DNA from: the human T2T-CHM13v2.0 reference genome, Homo sapiens
Assembly (NCBI RefSeq): GCF_009914755.1
Contig: NC_060940.1
Length of the DNA stretch: 64,000 bases
Reading direction: 5' to 3' (one strand)
The notes below the pieces were generated by a model, which made no database searches, was not told the DNA's origin, and was given only the letters and a program-made list of their open reading frames with translations. The translations under genes and the position numbers were made by a program. Below, one piece after another: positions 56,101-64,000 of the stretch (position 1 is the stretch's first letter; each line of letters starts with the position of its first letter).

Positions 56101-59100
56101 ATGATGATTCCATTCGATTCCATTCGATGATTCCATTGGATTCCATTCGATGATGATTCCATTCAAATCCATTCGATAATTCAATTCAAGTCCATTCGAT
56201 GATGATTCCAATCGAATCCATTCAAAGATTCCATTCAGTTCCATTCGATGATAACCTTAGATTCCATTCGATGATTCCACTTGTTTCCATTTACGATGAT
56301 TCCATTCGATTCCATGTGATGATTCCATTCAATTCTATTCAATGATGTCTCCATTTGATTCCATTCGACCATGATTGCCTTTGCTTCCATTCAATGTTTC
56401 CATTCGGTTCCTTTTGATGATAATTCCGTTCGATTCCATTTGATGATTCCATTTGATTCCATTGGATGAGTCCATTCGATTACATTCGATGATTATTCCA
56501 TTCGAGTGCATTAGATGATTCCATTCGAGTCCATTCGATGATTCCATTCGATTCCATTCGATGTTGATTCTGTTCAAATCCATTCGATGATTCCACTCGA
56601 TTCCATTCGATGACTCCATTTGATCCCATTCGATGATTTCCTGTGATTCCCTTTGATGATCATTCCATTTGATTCAATTCGGTGATTTCATTTGATTCCA
56701 TTCAGTGATGTTTCCATTCCACTCCATTCGATGATGATTCCATTCGACTCCATTCGATTATGATTTCATTCAATTCCATTCGATAATGATTCCCTTCAAG
56801 TCCATTCGATGATTCCATTCGATTCCATTCAACGATGATTTGATTCGTGTCCATTCGATGATTCCATTTGATTCCACTTGATGATGATTCCATTCGAGTC
56901 CATTTGATGATTCCATTCAATTCCATTCTCCGATGATTTCTTTTGAGCCCACTCAATGCTTCCACTCGATTCCATATGATGATGACTCCATTCGATTAAA
57001 TTCGATGATGATTCCGTTCGCTTGCGTTCGATGATGATTCCACTTGAGTCCGTTAGAAGATTCTATTCAATTACATTCCATGACGATTCCGATCGAGTCC
57101 ATTTGATGATTCCATTAGACTCCATTCGACGATGATTCCATTCGATGTTATTCGATGATTCCATTCGATCTCATTCGATGATGATTCCATTCAACTCCAT
57201 TCGATGTTTCCATTCGAGTTCATTCTATTATTCCATTAGATTCCATTCGATGATGATTCCATTCGATTCCATTTGATGATTGCATTCTATTTCATTTGAT
57301 GGTGATTCCATTCGAGTCCACTCGATGATTCCATTCGAGTCCATTTAATGAATCCATTGGTTTCAATTCTATGATGATTACATTGGATTCCATTCGTTGA
57401 TGATTTCATTCGGTTCCATTCAATGATGATTCCATTCAATTCCTTTCAATGTTTCCATTCAATTGCATACGATGATGCTTCCATTTGATTTGATTCGACA
57501 GTGAGCCATTCGATTCAATTCCATGATGAATCTATTTTATTCAATTGGTTGACATTTCCATTCGATTCCATTCGATGATGATTCCCTTTGATTCCATTCA
57601 AAGATGATTCCATTCTAGCCCATTCAATCATTCCATTCGATTCTATTCAATGATGATTCCATTCATGTCGATTTGGTGATTCCATTTGACTTCATGTGAT
57701 GATGATTCCTTTCAAGTTCATTAGATGATTCCATTCGATTCCATTTGATGATGATCCCATTCGAGTCCATTCAGTGATTCCATTCGTTTCCATTCCATGA
57801 TGATTCCATTCCATTCCATTCAATGATTCCATTCGATTCCGTTTGATGATGATTTCATTCGAGTCCATTTGATGTTTCCATTCGTTTCCATTCCATGATG
57901 ATTCCATTCCATTCCATTCAATGATTCCATTCGATTCCGTTTGGTGATGATTTCATTCGAGTCCATTTGATGATTCCATTTGATTCCATTCGATGATGAT
58001 TCCATTCGAGTCCATTCGATGATTCTATTCGAATCCACTTGATGATTTCTTTTGATTATAGTTGGTGATGATTCCATTGGAGTCCATTCAATGATTCCAT
58101 TCGATTCCAATCGATGGTGATTCCATTAGAGTCCATTTAATGATTCCATTTGATTCCAGTCTCTGATGATTACATTCGAGTCCATACGATGATTCCACTC
58201 AATTCCATATGATGATGATTCCATTCGATTCCATTCGATGATTCCATTCTATTCTAATCGATGATGATTCCATTCGATTCCATTCGATGATGATTGGATT
58301 CGATTCCATTTGATGATTTCATTTGATTCCATTCGTTAATGATTTCGATCAACTCCATTCGATGATTCCATTCGATTCCATTCGATAATGATTACATCCG
58401 AGTCCATTCGATGATTCCATTTGAGCCCGTTCGATAATTCCATTTGAGTCCAATCAATGATTCCATTCATTTCCATTCAATGATTCCATTCGAGTCCATT
58501 TGATCATTCTGGTAGGGTCCGTTCGATGTTGATTCCATTGGAGTGCATTCGATGATTCCATTCGAGTCCATTTTATGATTTGATTCGAGTCCTTTCGATG
58601 ATTCCATTCGATTCCACTCGATGATGATTTCATTCGAGTCCATTCGACACTTCCAATCGATTCCATTTGATGTTTCCATTCGAGTCCAATTGATGATTCC
58701 ATTCAATTCCATTCGATGATGATTCCGTACGATTCCATTCTGTGATGATTCCATGTGATTGCATTCAATGATGATTCCTTTCGATTGCATTCGATTGTGA
58801 TTCATTTCGTGTTCATTCTATGGTTCCACAGGTTTCCATTCGTGTCCATTCCATTATTCCATTCTATTCCATTTCATGATGATTCCATTCGATTCCATTC
58901 ATTGGTGATTCCACTCAATTCCATTCAATGATTCCATTCCATTTCTTTCAACAATGATTCCATTAGGTTCTAATCGATGATCCACTTGATTCCATTTGAT
59001 GACGATTCCATTCTTGCCATTCGATGATTCCATTTGATTCCATATGATGATGATTCCATTCGATTCCATACGATGATGATTCCATTCGAGTCCATTCAAT

Positions 59101-62100
59101 GGTGATTCCATTCCATTCCATTCCATGATTCCTTTTGATTCCATTCGATGATGATGGCATTCGATTCCTTTCAATCATTCCCTTTGATTCCATTCAAAGG
59201 TGATTTCATTCAAGTCCATTCGATAATTGCATTCGATTCCATTCTATGATGATTCCATTCGAGTCCATTTGATGATTCCATTCAATTCAAGTCAATGATG
59301 ATTCCATTCGATTCCATTCGATGATTCCATTGGATTCCATTCGATGATGATTCCATTCAAATCCATTCGATAATTCAATTCAAGTCCATTCGATGATGAT
59401 TCCAATCGAATCCATTCAAAGATTCCATTCAGTTCCATTCGATGATAACCTTAGATTCCATTCGATGATTCCACTTGTTTCCATTTACGATGATTCCATT
59501 CGATTCCATGTGATGATTCCATTCAATTCTATTCAATGATGTCTCCATTTGATTCCATTCGACCATGATTGCCTTTGCTTCCATTCAATGTTTCCATTCG
59601 GTTCCTTTTGATGATAATTCCGTTCGATTCCATTTGATGATTCCATTTGATTCCATTGGATGAGTCCATTCGATTACATTCGATGATTATTCCATTCGAG
59701 TGCATTAGATGATTCCATTCGAGTCCATTCGATGATTCCATTCGATTCCATTCGATGTTGATTCTGTTCAAATCCATTCGATGATTCCACTCGATTCCAT
59801 TCGATGACTCCATTTGATCCCATTCGATGATTTCCTGTGATTCCCTTTGATGATCATTCCATTTGATTCAATTCGGTGATTTCATTTGATTCCATTCAGT
59901 GATGTTTCCATTCCACTCCATTCGATGATGATTCCATTCGACTCCATTCGATTATGATTTCATTCAATTCCATTCGATAATGATTCCCTTCAAGTCCATT
60001 CGATGATTCCATTCGATTCCATTCAACGATGATTTGATTCGTGTCCATTCGATGATTCCATTTGATTCCACTTGATGATGATTCCATTCGAGTCCATTTG
60101 ATGATTCCATTCAATTCCATTCTCCGATGATTTCTTTTGAGCCCATTCAATGCTTCCACTCGATTCCATATGATGATGACTCCGTTCGATTAAATTCGAT
60201 GATGATTCCGTTCGCTTGCGTTCGATGATGATTCCACTTGAGTCCGTTAGAAGATTCTATTCAATTACATTCCATGACGATTCCGATCGAGTCCATTTGA
60301 TGATTCCATTAGACTCCATTCGACGATGATTCCATTCGATGTTATTCGATGATTCCATTCGATCTCATTCGATGATGATTCCATTCAACTCCATTCGATG
60401 TTTCCATTCGAGTTCATTCTATTATTCCATTAGATTCCATTCGATGATGATTCCATTCGATTCCATTTGATGATTGCATTCTATTTCATTTGATGATGAT
60501 TCCATTCGAGTCCACTCGATGATTCCATTCGAGTCCATTTAATGAATCCATTGGTTTCAATTCTATGATGATTACATTGGATTCCATTCGTTGATGATTT
60601 CATTCGGTTCCATTCAATGATGATTCCATTCAATTCCTTTCAATGTTTCCATTCAATTGCATACGATGATGCTTCCATTTGATTTGATTCGACAGTGAGC
60701 CATTCGATTCAATTCCATGATGAATCTATTTTATTCAATTGGTTGACATTTCCATTCGATTCCATTCGATGATGATTCCCTTTGATTCCATTCAAAGATG
60801 ATTCCATTCTAGCCCATTCAATCATTCCATTCGAATCTATTCAATGATGATTCCATTCATGTCGATTTGGTGATTCCATTTGACTTCATTTGATGATGAT
60901 TCCTTTCAAGTTCATTAGATGATTCCATTCGATTCCATTTGATGATGATCCCATTCGAGTCCATTCAGTGATTCCATTCGTTTCCATTCCATGATGATTC
61001 CATTCCATTCCATTCAATGATTCCATTCGATTCCGTTTGATGATGATTTCATTCGAGTCCATTTGATGTTTCCATTCGTTTCCATTCCATGATGATTCCA
61101 TTCCATTCCATTCAATGATTCCATTCGATTCCGTTTGGTGATGATTTCATTCGAGTCCATTTGATGATTCCATTTGATTCCATTCGATGATGATTCCATT
61201 CGAGTCCATTCGATGATTCTATTCGAATCCACTTGATGATTTCTTTTGATTATAGTTGGTGATGATTCCATTGGAGTCCATTCAATGATTCCATTCGATT
61301 CCAATCGATGGTGATTCCATTAGAGTCCATTTAATGATTCCATTTGATTCCAGTCTCTGATGATTCCATTCGAGTCCATACGATGATTCCACTCAATTCC
61401 ATATGATGATGATTCCATTCGATTCCATTCGATGATTCCATTCTATTCTAATCGATGATGATTCCATTCGATTCCATTCGATGATGATTGGATTCGATTC
61501 CATTTGATGATTTCATTTGATTCCATTCGTTAATGATTTCGATCAACTCCATTCGATGATTCCATTCGATTCCATTCGATAATGATTACATCCGAGTCCA
61601 TTCGATGATTCCATTTGAGCCCGTTCGATAATTCCATTTGAGTCCAATCAATGATTCCATTCATTTCCATTCAATGATTCCATTCGAGTCCATTTGATCA
61701 TTCTGGTAGGGTCCGTTCGATGTTGATTCCATTGGAGTGCATTCGATGATTCCATTCGAGTCCATTTTATGATTTGATTCGAGTCCTTTCGATGATTCCA
61801 TTCGATTCCACTCGATGATGATTTCATTCGAGTCCATTCGACACTTCCAATCGATTCCATTTGATGTTTCCATTCGAGTCCAATTGATGATTCCATTCAA
61901 TTCCATTCGATGATGATTCCGTACGATTCCATTCTGTGATGATTCCATGTGATTGCATTCAATGATGATTCCTTTCGATTGCATTCGATTGTGATTCATT
62001 TCGTGTTCATTCTATGGTTCCACAGGTTTCCATTCGTGTCCATTCCATTATTCCATTCTATTCCATTTCATGATGATTCCATTCGATTCCATTCATTGGT

Positions 62101-64000
62101 GATTCCACTCAATTCCATTCAATGATTCCATTCCATTTTTTCAACAATGATTCCATTAGGTTCTAATCGATGATCCACTTGATTCCATTTGATGACGATT
62201 CCATTCTTGCCATTCGATGATTCCATTTGATTCCATATGATGATGATTCCATTCGATTCCATACGATGATGATTCCATTCGAGTCCATTCAATGGTGATT
62301 CCATTCCATTCCATTCCATGATTCCTTTTGATTCCATTCGATGATGATGGCATTCGATTCCTTTCAATCATTCCCTTTGATTCCATTCAAAGGTGATTTC
62401 ATTCAAGTCCATTCGATAATTGCATTCGATTCCATTCTATGATGATTCCATTCGAGTCCATTTGATGATTCCATTCAATTCAAGTCAATGATGATTCCAT
62501 TCGATTCCATTCGATGATTCCATTGGATTCCATTCGATGATGATTCCATTCAAATCCATTCGATAATTCAATTCAAGTCCATTCGATGATGATTCCAATC
62601 GAATCCATTCAAAGATTCCATTCAGTTCCATTCGATGATAACCTTAGATTCCATTCGATGATTCCACTTGTTTCCATTTACGATGATTCCATTCGATTCC
62701 ATGTGATGATTCCATTCAATTCTATTCAATGATGTCTCCATTTGATTCCATTCGACCATGATTGCCTTTGCTTCCATTCAATGTTTCCATTCGGTTCCTT
62801 TTGATGATAATTCCGTTCGATTCCATTTGATGATTCCATTTGATTCCATTGGATGAGTCCATTCGATTACATTCGATGATTATTCCATTCGAGTGCATTA
62901 GATGATTCCATTCGAGTCCATTCGATGATTCCATTCGATTCCATTCGATGTTGATTCTGTTCAAATCCATTCGATGATTCCACTCGATTCCATTCGATGA
63001 CTCCATTTGATCCCATTCGATGATTTCCTGTGATTCCCTTTGATGATCATTCCATTTGATTCAATTCGGTGATTTCATTTGATTCCATTCAGTGATGTTT
63101 CCATTCCACTCCATTCGATGATGATTCCATTCGACTCCATTCGATTATGATTTCATTCAATTCCATTCGATAATGATTCCCTTCAAGTCCATTCGATGAT
63201 TCCATTCGATTCCATTCAACGATGATTTGATTCGTGTCCATTCGATGATTCCATTTGATTCCACTTGATGATGATTCCATTCGAGTCCATTTGATGATTC
63301 CATTCAATTCCATTCTCCGATGATTTCTTTTGAGCCCATTCAATGCTTCCACTCGATTCCATATGATGATGACTCCATTCGATTAAATTCGATGATGATT
63401 CCGTTCGCTTGCGTTCGATGATGATTCCACTTGAGTCCGTTAGAAGATTCTATTCAATTACATTCCATGACGATTCCGATCGAGTCCATTTGATGATTCC
63501 ATTAGACTCCATTCGACGATGATTCCATTCGATGTTATTCGATGATTCCATTCGATCTCATTCGATGATGATTCCATTCAACTCCATTCGATGTTTCCAT
63601 TCGAGTTCATTCTATTATTCCATTAGATTCCATTCGATGATGATTCCATTCGATTCCATTTGATGATTGCATTCTATTTCATTTGATGGTGATTCCATTC
63701 GAGTCCACTCGATGATTCCATTCGAGTCCATTTAATGAATCCATTGGTTTCAATTCTATGATGATTACATTGGATTCCATTCGTTGATGATTTCATTCGG
63801 TTCCATTCAATGATGATTCCATTCAATTCCTTTCAATGTTTCCATTCAATTGCATACGATGATGCTTCCATTTGATTTGATTCGACAGTGAGCCATTCGA
63901 TTCAATTCCATGATGAATCTATTTTATTCAATTGGTTGACATTTCCATTCGATTCCATTCGATGATGATTCCCTTTGATTCCATTCAAAGATGATTCCAT
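38200..64000 (+). repeat. 12,775-bp super-repeat (4 x 3.2-kb units), two near-identical copies
   Basis: Private variants recur exactly 12775 bp apart: AAGGATTCC ~38660/51435, CCATACTGTG 39572/52347, CCACTCGAG 40921/53696, GCCCACTC 44172/56947, CTTCATGTG ~44915/57690, ACTCCGTTCG ~47405/60180, and a 1-bp deletion at ~49362/62137. Confidence 0.92.

Larger units (their letters stand above)
1..64000 (+). repeat. Human Satellite II (HSat2/HSATII)-type pericentromeric satellite array, single orientation
   Basis: Continuous degenerate repeats of ATTCCATTCG(A/G)(T/G)TCCATTCGATG (23 bp) and ATTCCATTCGATTCCATTCGATGATG (26 bp) with abundant TCGA sites. This is the known HSat2 signature rather than the pure (CATTC)n of HSat3. 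No GGAAT-strand segment is seen on the + strand. Confidence 0.97.
31100..64000 (+). repeat. Highly homogeneous tandem array of a 3,194-bp HSat2 unit (Q R S T), ~10.3 copies, running off the window end
   Basis: Homologous ORF coordinates 31151, 34345, 37539, 40733, 43927, 47121, 50314, 53508, 56702, 59896 and 63089 (period 3194, twice 3193). Markers U, V, W and P are absent. Confidence 0.96.

Noticed and set aside
750-63352. Many short minus-strand ORFs (MESSNGIEWNH...-type peptides, 60-132 aa)
   Set aside because: These are translations of the GGAAT/GAATC satellite strand, which is ATG-rich and stop-poor. They overlap in several frames, are low in complexity, show no domain or gene structure, and simply repeat with the array period.
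1-64000. Possible CRISPR-like repeat-spacer array suggested by 23-26-bp periodicity
   Set aside because: There are no unique spacers, since the intervening sequence is itself the same repeat, and there are no cas or other genes.
1-64000. Embedded Alu, L1 or other non-satellite insertion, or a strand inversion
   Set aside because: None seen on reading through. There are no poly-A tails, GC-rich islands or GGAAT runs on the + strand, and the constant unit periods leave no room for insertions in the arrays.
1-64000. Classification as HSat3 or alpha satellite
   Set aside because: Pure (CATTC)n runs are only about three units long and GATGAT/TCGA motifs dominate, which indicates HSat2. There is no 171-bp monomer and I saw no CENP-B box.
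1-64000. Assignment to a specific chromosome or HSat2 subfamily
   Set aside because: The unit sizes suggest HSat2B from memory, but this cannot be established without mapping to a reference assembly.

Overview
The whole 64 kb window is pericentromeric Human Satellite II (HSat2/HSATII)-type DNA: degenerate ATTCCATTCG/GATGAT-derived 23- and 26-bp units, all in one orientation (CATTC strand = +). I found no genes, RNA genes, transposon insertions or CRISPR arrays, and every ORF in the track is a translation artefact of the satellite. The interest lies in the nested repeat architecture. Using rare marker motifs (P=CGGTGAGCAATTCG, Q=GTAGGGTC, R=ACCATGATTGCCTTTG, S=GAGTCCGTTAGAAG, T=CAGTCTCTGATG, U=GTGTCCCTTAGATG, V=AGAGTAAACTCAA, W=segment ~11.6-12.0 kb), the order reads P Q R S T U V | S T | Q R S T U V W P Q R R' S T U V W P Q R R' S T U V W P Q R R' S T | R' S T | (Q R S T)n. 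I infer an ancestral unit of ~6.05-6.07 kb. It gave rise to (i) a 6,803-bp unit through an internal ~731-734-bp duplication (3 copies, ~8.7-29.1 kb), (ii) a single ~2,062-bp transitional unit, and (iii) a highly homogeneous 3,194-bp unit (~10 copies, ~31.1-64 kb) through a microhomology-bounded ~3-kb deletion plus a 98-bp chimeric duplication. The 3,194-bp array itself contains a near-identical 12,775-bp four-unit duplication. All periods come from marker and ORF-coordinate differences read by eye, and boundaries are approximate.
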